From assembly GCA_043822785.1 (NCBI GenBank), contig JBDRBN010000062.1, forward strand, positions 1 through 26,227: DNA of 26,227 bases, in the 5' to 3' direction. Both the position numbers and the translations under genes were made by a program. Under the pieces are notes generated by a model. The model saw only the letters and a list, made by a program, of their open reading frames with translations, made no database searches and was not told the DNA's origin. How positions within the stretch are numbered: the first letter of the stretch is position 1; every line of letters starts with the position of its first letter. This DNA is from Pseudomonadota bacterium (lineage in GTDB: Bacteria > UBA10199 > 2-02-FULL-44-16 > JAAZCA01). This document shows, in pieces, positions 8,508 through 16,781 of the stretch.

Positions 8508-9437
8508 TTGAATAATAGATACAATTCCATAAACGAATTTTTGAAAGCACGTTTTGGGGAGAGGGTATTTAAGGTAAGCCTCGAGATAGGTTCAAGCTGC
8601 CCCAACCGTGACGGAGCAATTAGCAGACAGGGCTGTTCTTATTGTCATCCAGAAGCGCTTAGGCCTTCTACATACAAAGATAGCGATTTCTCCATCATAT
8701 CGATTCAAAAGCAGTTGGAAGAAGGGATCGATTACATACGCCGGCGTCACGGTTCACAAAAAGTAATCGCCTATTTTCAAAACGGTTCAAACACCTATGC
8801 GCCCGCACAAAAGCTAGCGCGTGCATTTACTACAGCAGCATCACATCCTTGTGTAAAAGGTTTGGCCATCTCCACACGACCTGATTGCATAGAGCAGGAG
8901 CACCTTACACTTCTAAAAGATCTGTCAAGGGAGACATTTATCTGGGTTGAGTTGGGATTGCAGTCAGCTCACGAAGAAACGCTTAAGAAAATAAACCGCG
9001 GCCATACTGTGCGCGATTTTTCAAAGGCATGCAGTCAACATGTAAAGCGCGGTATTCCCGTGTGCGCTCATGTGATTCTTGGTTTACCTGGGGAAACTTC
9101 GGAGATGATGTGTGAGACAGCGAGGTTTTTAAACGAGATAGGAGTTTGGGGAGTGAAGATCCACAACCTTCATGTTCTTAAGGATACAAAGATGGAAGAG
9201 GAATATAGAAAGGGAAAGATAGAGATCCCTTCATTAGATGTTTATGCAGGTAGGGTTGTGGATTTCCTAGAAGAGTTATCGCCTGAAATATTGATTCATC
9301 GCCTAAACAGTCACAGCCCACGTCATCTAACAATAGCACCTAAGTGGTCTATCAACAAACTCGCCACTATGAATGCAGTGCATGATGAGTTGGAAAGAAG
9401 GGATTCATGGCAGGGGAAGAGGTTTTGCAATCCGTAA
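8508..9437 (+). CDS. TIGR01212 (YhcC-like) radical SAM protein
   Basis: CPNRDG...GCSYC, YFQ..SNTYA, ISTRPDC, VELGLQS, INRGH and GVKIHNLH motifs. Likely TTG start at 8508 after GGAGG (the ORF track gives 8490). Confidence 0.92.
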   Translation: MNNRYNSINEFLKARFGERVFKVSLEIGSSCPNRDGAISRQGCSYCHPEALRPSTYKDSDFSIISIQKQLEEGIDYIRRRHGSQKVIAYFQNGSNTYAPAQKLARAFTTAASHPCVKGLAISTRPDCIEQEHLTLLKDLSRETFIWVELGLQSAHEETLKKINRGHTVRDFSKACSQHVKRGIPVCAHVILGLPGETSEMMCETARFLNEIGVWGVKIHNLHVLKDTKMEEEYRKGKIEIPSLDVYAGRVVDFLEELSPEILIHRLNSHSPRHLTIAPKWSINKLATMNAVHDELERRDSWQGKRFCNP

Positions 9438-9452
9438 TCAGAATAATTTGAG

Positions 9453-11063
9453 CTATCTAATGAATCTGGCGAGCTCCTTAGTATCGAAGATGGTAATATT
9501 ATTATCAGGAAGATCGCCATAGTGATGTTGCTTTGTGGGAGGACGATCAAGTCTGTCGACAACCTCGCCATTCTTAAATCGCACAAAGGCAGGATATCCA
9601 TTAACGTTAAATCTTTTCATTACATCTTTCATCCAAGAAGCGAGTTTACGGTTTACTCCTTCGCCTTCATATTGAGCCTCAAAAACATAGATATTCTCAT
9701 GCGCCCCCATCTCTTGTGCCAGCTGTAACAGGAATCCATCCGTGTACTCGCAGAAGGGGCACCTCTTTTCATAGCTATTGCTATGAAAATAGATGATGCA
9801 GTTAGGATCGGAAAGGGCTGCCCTTGCTGCCTTTTGATCCCTCACCAGAGTCACCACTCCCTTTTCAAGAAGTCTATCAAGTGGAATATCTGGCACCTGA
9901 TAGACCCTAAACGAACCCTTGCCAGGAAAGAATTCATAAAAGGTCCGCTCTGCACCGTTCACATATTCACCTTTCTCAAGTGTATGCTTAAGAGGTGGGT
10001 TATAATCCCCAACAATAGTAAGAGAGGATTCCACACCATGATCCTCTACATATTCATTCGTGTACCTGGCTGCTTCATGCAGTTTTATGACCCCATCTTC
10101 ATTAGCATCTGCATCATTTCTCCAGGGCGAGTTGAAGAAGATTTCTGCAAAATGCCCGCAATAGTATTCTTCCTCCTGAGCGGTCTTTGTTATAGCAGTT
10201 ATCCTACCGCCCCCTACGTTTCTTGCAAAACCCTCACCATGGCATCCATCAAATAGAACGACAGCATGTCCGAATGGACCGTGCTCGAGCATATCTCTTA
10301 ACTCGTGGTCCCCGAGCTTATCGAAATTGAATCCGACTCCAGGGGCATTTAGCTGAGCTACACTTCTACCTTTCTCGTTTCCACCGTGCCCAGTGATATA
10401 TAAGAACAGCTCCGCCTGCCCAGACATGCTAGCGTATATCTGCTCAAGCAATTTCTTGAAATTCCTTTTAGTTGCAGGGCCACTTATCTGCGGTATCGTA
10501 AACTCAAATTCTTCTGCCACCTCTGCTAGCGCCTTGCTATCCTTCTTGAGAAACGCCTCATACGGAGCAGAAAGTACGAATATATCCTCTCGACCATAAC
10601 CTATACCCAAGAAGAATTTGTAAGCACGTATGACGTTGCGTATATGGTTGGGCTCGAGTTGATCGCCGTTTAATATGATAGCCTTTCCTCTTTGAGTGTG
10701 TGCCTTCTCAACTAGGGCAGGAATGGGCTCTGGCTCTTGAACAATTACCGGCTCTTGTGCAGGAACTATTCGTGCGGTTTTTGCACACGCGGCAGCTGCA
10801 AATCCTCCTAATATCCCCAAAGCACCTTGCAAGAGGACGCGACGCGGGTGCACCTTAGGTTTTTTTGATACAATGGGTTTTTCTTCCCAAAAGGTGGAGG
10901 TGCGAAAACCAGGCCCAATGCCTTCAAGCCCACTTAGCCCTGTGTAACCAGAAACAAACGAATCTGCGCCTTGACCTATACCTATTGGCAACCCCGCCAA
11001 AGCCGCACCAAATCCACTTGCGACAAGAGGACTATAACTACCCTGTATTGCAAAATGACTCAT
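9453..11063 (-). CDS. Clan CD (C13/caspase-like) cysteine peptidase fused to a C-terminal thioredoxin-like domain
   Basis: LFLYITGHGG and VVLFDGCHG His-Cys dyad motifs; EF-hand-like DANEDGVIKLHE; CPFC...GYPAFVRFKNGEVVDRL thioredoxin motif; RR + hydrophobic + AAAC signal at aa 74-93. Confidence 0.75.
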   Translation of the reverse strand: MSHFAIQGSYSPLVASGFGAALAGLPIGIGQGADSFVSGYTGLSGLEGIGPGFRTSTFWEEKPIVSKKPKVHPRRVLLQGALGILGGFAAAACAKTARIVPAQEPVIVQEPEPIPALVEKAHTQRGKAIILNGDQLEPNHIRNVIRAYKFFLGIGYGREDIFVLSAPYEAFLKKDSKALAEVAEEFEFTIPQISGPATKRNFKKLLEQIYASMSGQAELFLYITGHGGNEKGRSVAQLNAPGVGFNFDKLGDHELRDMLEHGPFGHAVVLFDGCHGEGFARNVGGGRITAITKTAQEEEYYCGHFAEIFFNSPWRNDADANEDGVIKLHEAARYTNEYVEDHGVESSLTIVGDYNPPLKHTLEKGEYVNGAERTFYEFFPGKGSFRVYQVPDIPLDRLLEKGVVTLVRDQKAARAALSDPNCIIYFHSNSYEKRCPFCEYTDGFLLQLAQEMGAHENIYVFEAQYEGEGVNRKLASWMKDVMKRFNVNGYPAFVRFKNGEVVDRLDRPPTKQHHYGDLPDNNITIFDTKELARFIR

Positions 11064-11072
11064 CTTTCTCCG

Positions 11073-11099
11073 TATCGGCCTGCACCCAGAAAAGTTGCT
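11073..11099 (-). promoter_or_regulatory. Putative alternative-sigma (sigma28-like -10) promoter
   Basis: AGCAACTTTTCTGGGTGCAGGCCGATA, 9 nt before the ATG. The same motif recurs at 23844-23871. Confidence 0.55.
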
Positions 11100-11390
11100 A
11101 GAATATCTTTAACAGAACACACGCAAACACACGTGCCTGGCACCAACGAACCCAAAACATAAGTTACTAAATACCGCTGTAATATCAAGCTGTTACAAGC
11201 TGCGCAATTACTCCGTTACGAGGACCCAGGGCCTAATATCATCCAGCAGAATGCGCACTCCAAATGCGCACTTTTTTATTCAATAATTATGACTTAAAAT
11301 TATATTTATTTTATATTTCAGTTAGTTAAATCATTATAAATGCGCACTTTTAATGCGCATTTTTCTGTGCACTGAATTAATCTTTAAGTA

Positions 11391-11427
11391 AGTAAAGGTT
11401 TACTTTTATCCTTAAATGGTTTACTAT
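11391..11427 (+). promoter_or_regulatory. TA operon sigma70 promoter with overlapping palindromic operator
   Basis: TTTACT(11399)-N17-TACTAT(11422). The inverted repeat AGTAAA-GG-TTTACT covers the -35. Conserved in copy 2 (12640-12675). Confidence 0.7.
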
Positions 11428-11455
11428 TGTATTTGTGCTCGGTCAGGGAGGTTTT

Positions 11456-11680
11456 ATGGCAAAGACATCGTTTGCAGTAAAGTTGGATGAAGATCTGCAA
11501 CAGGAGCTTCGGGAATTTTGTGAAACACGAGGGTTTAAACAAGGTTCTTTTATTGAAAAGGCGCTCCGTGAACAGATGGAGCGCGAAGAGCTCGCCGAAG
11601 ATCTTCTCGACCTTTACACTCTCCGCTCAACCGAACCCCACGCTGTTTCCTTTGAAGATTATATGAAGGAACGCAAATGA
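11456..11680 (+). CDS. Ribbon-helix-helix antitoxin (type II TA)
   Basis: ATG 11456 after GGAGG. TSFAVKLDEDL...FIEKALREQME RHH pattern with an acidic C-terminus. ATGA overlap with the toxin. Confidence 0.85.
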   Translation: MAKTSFAVKLDEDLQQELREFCETRGFKQGSFIEKALREQMEREELAEDLLDLYTLRSTEPHAVSFEDYMKERK

Positions 11681-11934
11681 ACTATCGCGTATTCTTACTT
11701 CCCCGCGCTCAGAAGGATTTGGATTCCTTTAAAGGAAAACTTTTTTCTAGACTAAGCCAAGCAATTAGCAAGCTATCGCAGAGCCCTCGCCCAGTTGGTT
11801 CTAGGAAGTTAACAGACGATGGCTATCGAATTCGAATTGGAACTTTCCGCATTCTCTATCGCATAGACGATAAAGATAAAAAGGTATTTATTTACCGCGT
11901 TAGACACAGGCGCGAGGTATATAGAAAAATGTGA
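11677..11934 (+). CDS. relE: RelE/ParE family toxin
   Basis: YRV....AQKDL, PRPVGSRKL, YRIRIGTFRILYRIDD and VRHRREVYR; basic 85-aa protein. Confidence 0.93.
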   Translation: MNYRVFLLPRAQKDLDSFKGKLFSRLSQAISKLSQSPRPVGSRKLTDDGYRIRIGTFRILYRIDDKDKKVFIYRVRHRREVYRKM

Positions 11935-11951
11935 CTGAGCAATCGATTTCC

Positions 11952-12010
11952 GGAGATCGCCACGTCGCCGAGCACTCAACACCTTGAGTGCTCGACTCCT
12001 CGCGATGACA
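11952..12010. repeat. Palindromic REP-like element / possible terminator between convergent genes
   Basis: GAGATCGCCACGTCG...CTCCTCGCGATGAC flanks enclosing the hairpin CGAGCACTCAA-CACC-TTGAGTGCTCG (11969-11994). Confidence 0.65.
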
Positions 12011-12053
12011 GCGTTAAAAACGAAATTTGAAATTAGATATTATAAATTAGATG

Positions 12054-12498
12054 TTATACCCCCCCGCCCAGGCCGCGGACGCGCTTTACTGCATCTTGGA
12101 TCTTGGGATTAAGGCTTAGGGCAATCTTGTATTCCATTTCTGCGGCTTCCTTGTTGCCGCGCTCCTCCTCAAGGCGGCCCAGCCAATAGTGGGCATGTGA
12201 AGACCAATAAGTATCTTTCTGAAACTCAAGAAACTTCTTAAGCTCCAGCTCAGCCCGATCATGCTGAGAAGGATTGCGCATAAGCACCAGCGCTGCGCCA
12301 ATGAAGTAGTGGGGATTTTTTAAAGAAGAGTCTATCTCAAGTATTTTCTCAAACTGCTCCACTCCCTTTGCATATTGCTTTTGCGAGATGAACACCTTGC
12401 CGAGAAGTCTTCTCAAAATTACATTGTTGGGATATTGCGCTACATACTGATCCAAAATCATGCGCGCATCGTCAAAACGTTTTTCTTCAGAAATGCAT
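12054..12498 (-). pseudogene. 5'-truncated duplicate of the TPR gene (C-terminal 135 aa ORF, 12054-12461)
   Basis: 116/135 residues are identical to the C-terminus of the 13031 gene. Homology extends to about 12498, with one extra base near 12490. Confidence 0.85.
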
Positions 12499-12703
12499 GA
12501 CGGAGCAACTAAATATCACTGTAATATCAACCTGTTACAGGCTACACAATTGTTCCGTTACAAAGATCCCAAAGATCCAGAGTCTGATGTCGTTTAGCAG
12601 AATGCGCATTTTTTGTGCGCCGAATTAATCTTTAAGTTGGTAAAGGTTTACTTTTATCCTTAAATAGTTTACTATTGTATTTGTGCTCGATCAGGGAGGT
12701 TGT

Positions 12704-12928
12704 ATGGCAAAGACATCATTTGCAGTAAAGTTGGATGAAGATCTGCAACAGGAGCTTCGAGAATTTTGTGAAACGCGAGGGCTTAAGCAAGGTTCTTTTA
12801 TTGAAAAGGCACTTCGTGAACAGATGGAGCGCGAAGAGCTTGCCGAGGATCTTCTCGACCTTTACACTCTTCGTTCAACTGAACCACACGTTGTTTCCTT
12901 TGAAGATTATATGAAGGAACGCAAATGA
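12704..12928 (+). CDS. RHH antitoxin, second (orphan) copy
   Basis: 72/74 aa identical to 11456-11680; RBS and promoter retained. Confidence 0.85.
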   Translation: MAKTSFAVKLDEDLQQELREFCETRGLKQGSFIEKALREQMEREELAEDLLDLYTLRSTEPHVVSFEDYMKERK

Positions 12929-13025
12929 ACCATCGCGTATTCTTACTTCCTCGCGCTCAGAAGGATTTGGATTCCTTTAAAGGTATTTATTTACCGCGTT
13001 AGACACAGGCGGGGGGTGTATAGAT
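12925..13025 (+). pseudogene. relE: RelE toxin remnant with a 149-bp internal deletion
   Basis: Joins copy-1 position 11735 to 11885 at an AAAGG microhomology. It frameshifts to TAG at 13002, giving 25 aa. Confidence 0.92.
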
Positions 13026-13030
13026 GAATT

Positions 13031-14146
13031 TCAAACTCCCCCGCCCAGGCCGCGGACGCGTTTTACTGCATCTTGGATCTTAGGATTAAGGCTTAGGGCG
13101 ATTTTGTATTCCTTTTCTGCTGCTTCCTTGTTGCCGCGTTGTTCTTCAAGACGACCTAGCCAATAGTGGGCATATGAAGGCCAATACTCTCCCTTCTGAA
13201 TTTCAAGAAACTTCTTAAGCTCCTTCTCAGCACGATCATACTGTGAAGGATCGCGCGCCAATACCAGCGCTGCGCCGATAAAGTAGCGGGGCTTTTTTAA
13301 ATCAGGATCGATCTTGAGTATCGTCTCAAACTGCTCCACTCCCTTTGCATATTGCTTTTGCGAGATGAGCACCTTGCCGAGAAGCCTTCTCAAAATTACA
13401 TTGTTGGGATATTGCGCTACATACTGATCCAGAATCACGTACGCCTCGTCAAAGCGCTTTTCTTCAAAATACATTATAGCGAGGTTAACTTTTGCTAGGT
13501 CCTTGGCAAAATTTCCGTTCTCAGCAACGTATTTGACGATAGCTATTCCTTCATCGCGCCTGTTGGGAAACATGCGCAAAAACCATAAGTCGCTTGCGAA
13601 TACAGACCTCCAGTACAGATACATGCCCAGTCCAAAATCCGCATCGACATAATTGGGATCCATCTTCTTTATTCGGCGGAATATCTGCCGAGATTCTCCG
13701 CCCTCAGTATAAGCATCCCACCACGTTCCTTTGCGGGCTTTAAAGAATGCATCGAGCCCGAAAACAGATCCGGATATGAACAGATCCCACGTGCTAGGAT
13801 TGTAACGCCGCATGACCTGAGAAACGATCTTGAGCCCTTTCTTCGAATCCGCCAAAAAAGGTTTTTCAAGATAGAAGTTTTCGTGCTCAAGCATCTTTAT
13901 TTCATTGACTGCCATCTTCCCAAACATGCCAGCAGGTGAATCTGGATAATCGCGAACAAGGGCATCGAAGATCTGCATGGCCTCATCGTATTGTCTTGCA
14001 AAGATCGCTGTCTGGCCTTTGAGCGCCCGGGCTGCGATCTCTTTCTCGTTAGACTTGGAGTCTTCAGCAAATACGTGTGATGTTGAGCACACGAGTATAG
14101 ATATAATTATTACAATTTTGCGCGCGGTCTTTAACACGTGGGCCAT
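13031..14146 (-). CDS. Exported tetratricopeptide repeat protein
   Basis: Signal KTARKIVIIISILVCSTSHVFA-E and TPR patterns (AHYWLGRLEE...YKIALSLNP). The start is uncertain (ATG 14146 chosen; the ORF is open to 14194). Confidence 0.85.
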   Translation of the reverse strand: MAHVLKTARKIVIIISILVCSTSHVFAEDSKSNEKEIAARALKGQTAIFARQYDEAMQIFDALVRDYPDSPAGMFGKMAVNEIKMLEHENFYLEKPFLADSKKGLKIVSQVMRRYNPSTWDLFISGSVFGLDAFFKARKGTWWDAYTEGGESRQIFRRIKKMDPNYVDADFGLGMYLYWRSVFASDLWFLRMFPNRRDEGIAIVKYVAENGNFAKDLAKVNLAIMYFEEKRFDEAYVILDQYVAQYPNNVILRRLLGKVLISQKQYAKGVEQFETILKIDPDLKKPRYFIGAALVLARDPSQYDRAEKELKKFLEIQKGEYWPSYAHYWLGRLEEQRGNKEAAEKEYKIALSLNPKIQDAVKRVRGLGGGV

Positions 14147-14223
14147 CCTAACCATTACGCAAAAGGAATGCCACTGAAATTCGTTGCCCAGCACCGTCTG
14201 GTGCTGGGCGTTGCTGGCCTACA

Positions 14224-14252
14224 TTGACAGTTAGCCGCAAGAGGAATATAAA
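14224..14252 (+). promoter_or_regulatory. Sigma70 promoter for ftsK
   Basis: TTGACA-N17-TATAAA, ending 38 nt before the ATG. Confidence 0.65.
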
Positions 14253-14290
14253 CAAAATATAGAGAACACTACTCCAGCACGAGCAACCAC

Positions 14291-16735
14291 ATGCCACAGA
14301 CCACTCAAAGGCTTCGCATAGATTTTCGCAGAGATATCTTTGCAATATTGTTTCTTGCCCTGGGAATATTCACCGGGCTATGCCTTCTATCTTACACGCC
14401 CACTGATCCTGCGCGAAACTCGGTTTCCAACGCAGCCCATGTCAAAAACCTAGGCGGAATGGTAGGCGCCTACCTGGCAGACATCCTCTATATAGTGTTT
14501 GGCATAAGCGCTTATCTCACATCTGTTATTTTACTTCTCATGAGCGTGCTCCAATTTCTGGGCAAACCCATTCGTTTGCGAATGCGCGAAATACTCTATT
14601 ACGTTGGCATGCTCGTGTTTGCGGCAACCCTAATACACCTTAGGTTTGAAACCATAACCATAAGCGGCCACGTCATCGCAGGTGGGGGCATAATCGGCGG
14701 ACTTTTAGGCGAGATCCTGCTCAAATACTTCAACAGGCCTGGGGCCTATATATTCTCCATCGCCGCTTTCCTTCTCTTCTTCACCCTTTCGACAAAACTC
14801 TCGCCAAGCGAGACGCTAGGGCTTTTGAGCAAAATATCAGTTCTAATCGGTAAAGGCGCGCTAGCGTTATGCAGATACGCAACAAGCCTTATAAAGAGCG
14901 GAATAAAAGATGGATGGAGAGGCAGCAGAACGATCTTTTCAGCAATCCGATTGCGAATTGCTACCTGGCGCAATAACAAAGCTTCAAAAAAATCAGTTGA
15001 ACCCTATGTTGCGAAAGTGAAAGACGATAATATCGAGCAGCCTGCGCCTACAAACAAATCAAATGATACGATCACGCTTGCTCCTATACGCATACCCAAG
15101 AGCGCACTTTCTGCGCCTAAAACTCCACAACAGACCCAAGCGCCCACTAAATCAGCGGTCACGACGACAGCCGAAACTACAAGTCCCAAAATACTCAAGC
15201 GCGCTGATGAAAAAATGCGCACATCAGATGATCAGCTCAAGTTCCGCAAGATGACTACAGAGGGGTACGAGCCCCCGCCGGTTGCCCTTCTCGACTCTGA
15301 CGAAACCCAGAAGGTGGAAGTGGACGAAGAGACGCTCAAAAAGAACTCCATGCTTCTCGAAAAGAAGCTCAAAGACTTTGATGTGGATGGCAAGGTTTTG
15401 GCTATTCATCCGGGTCCTGTCATCACCATGTACGAGTTCGAGCCTTCGCCGGGAACCAAGGTAAACAAGATAGTCAATTTGCAAGACGACCTCTCCCTCA
15501 CGTTGGGCGGCCGCAGCGTAAGAATAGTGCCGCATCTGCCGGGGAAGGCCGCGCTCGGCATAGAGGTGCCCAACAACGATCGCGAAACGGTCTTTCTTCG
15601 CAAAATAGTTTCCTCATCACAGTTTGCAAAATCCCACAGCAAGCTTCCCCTGCCGCTCGGTTCAAGCACTGCAGGGCATCCTGTAGTCACAGACCTTACA
15701 AAGATGCCGCACCTTTTGGTCGCAGGCGCCACAGGCTCTGGTAAGAGCGTGGCCATAAACAGCATCATCATAAGCATACTCATGAAGTCTGCGCCTGAAG
15801 ATGTGCGCTTTATTCTTGTCGACCCAAAGATGCTTGAGCTTTCTGTGTATGACGGCATACCTCATCTGCTGCTGCCTGTTGTCACAAAGCCCAAGCCCGC
15901 TGTTCAGGCCATGAAATGGGCGATAAGAGAGATGGAGCGCCGGTACAAACTCATGGCTGATTCCGGCGCGCGCAATTTGCTTGGCTATAATGAAAGGATC
16001 AAGTCAGGCCAGATCGAGCTCGTATCTCAAGAGCGAGCAAACGAGTTGATTGCAGAAAATCCTGAGTACGTGGCTCATACAGGCAAGCTGCCGTATATCG
16101 TAATCATCATCGATGAACTCGCAGATCTCATGATGACCGCAAGCCAAGAGATGGAGGAGACCATAACACGGCTTGCACAGATGGCGCGCGCTGCTGGCAT
16201 CCACTTGATACTGGCTACTCAGCGCCCAAGCGTGGATGTGATCACAGGTCTCATAAAGGCAAACTTTCCTGCTCGCATCGCGTTTAAGGTAACGGCAAAG
16301 CACGACTCGCGCACCATACTCGACGCCAACGGCGCAGAGACCCTGCTTGGTCAAGGCGACATGCTGTTTATGACCCCACAAGGCGGAAACATCATCCGCA
16401 TACATGGCGCTTATGTTAGCGATGCTGATATCTCGCGCGTTGTGGATCACTTAAAAGGCCAGGGCGAACCTGTTTATGACGAGACTATTCTTAAGGCGCC
16501 TGAAGAGACAGGTGCTGCCGGAACTTTTGAAGAAGGCGACGACGAGTTGTACGATCAAGCGGTTCGCCTTGTGTCTGAGACCAAGCAAGCCTCTATATCC
16601 ATGGTACAGCGCAGGCTGCGCATCGGCTACAACCGTGCAGCGCGCATGATCGAGCGCATGGAGGCCGAAGGAGTTGTAGGACCCGCCGAAGGCAGCCGCC
16701 CCCGCCAGGTTCTCATTGGCAATATCGAAGCATAA
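14291..16735 (+). CDS. ftsK: DNA translocase FtsK
   Basis: N-terminal TM domain, linker, GPVITMYE, Walker A GATGSGKS, IIIDELADLMM, ATQRPSVDVITG and the gamma domain QRRLRIGYNRAAR. Confidence 0.98.
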   Translation: MPQTTQRLRIDFRRDIFAILFLALGIFTGLCLLSYTPTDPARNSVSNAAHVKNLGGMVGAYLADILYIVFGISAYLTSVILLLMSVLQFLGKPIRLRMREILYYVGMLVFAATLIHLRFETITISGHVIAGGGIIGGLLGEILLKYFNRPGAYIFSIAAFLLFFTLSTKLSPSETLGLLSKISVLIGKGALALCRYATSLIKSGIKDGWRGSRTIFSAIRLRIATWRNNKASKKSVEPYVAKVKDDNIEQPAPTNKSNDTITLAPIRIPKSALSAPKTPQQTQAPTKSAVTTTAETTSPKILKRADEKMRTSDDQLKFRKMTTEGYEPPPVALLDSDETQKVEVDEETLKKNSMLLEKKLKDFDVDGKVLAIHPGPVITMYEFEPSPGTKVNKIVNLQDDLSLTLGGRSVRIVPHLPGKAALGIEVPNNDRETVFLRKIVSSSQFAKSHSKLPLPLGSSTAGHPVVTDLTKMPHLLVAGATGSGKSVAINSIIISILMKSAPEDVRFILVDPKMLELSVYDGIPHLLLPVVTKPKPAVQAMKWAIREMERRYKLMADSGARNLLGYNERIKSGQIELVSQERANELIAENPEYVAHTGKLPYIVIIIDELADLMMTASQEMEETITRLAQMARAAGIHLILATQRPSVDVITGLIKANFPARIAFKVTAKHDSRTILDANGAETLLGQGDMLFMTPQGGNIIRIHGAYVSDADISRVVDHLKGQGEPVYDETILKAPEETGAAGTFEEGDDELYDQAVRLVSETKQASISMVQRRLRIGYNRAARMIERMEAEGVVGPAEGSRPRQVLIGNIEA

Positions 16736-16781
16736 AATCCGCACTTGCCCTTTAGCTCATTTCCGTGATTAGTTCATCTCC

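Larger units (their letters stand above)
11165..12498. repeat. Tandem duplication unit 1 (upstream region + intact TA + TPR 3' fragment)
   Basis: Aligns by eye with 12507-13474, from actaaata..tgtaatatcaa through tcttca.aaat.cat. Confidence 0.9.
12507..13474. repeat. Tandem duplication unit 2 (antitoxin + deleted toxin + 3' end of intact TPR gene)
   Basis: Aligns with 11165-12498, with deletions in the upstream region, the toxin and the intergenic spacer. Confidence 0.9.

Noticed and set aside
8276..8605. 109-aa minus-strand ORF
   Set aside because: It runs across an AT-rich regulatory region, is antisense to the radical SAM start and has no recognisable motifs.
12054..13474. DGR template/variable repeat pair
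   Set aside because: Differences involve all bases, many are synonymous, and they are not adenine-specific. There is no reverse transcriptase in the window, and the duplication includes the TA genes.
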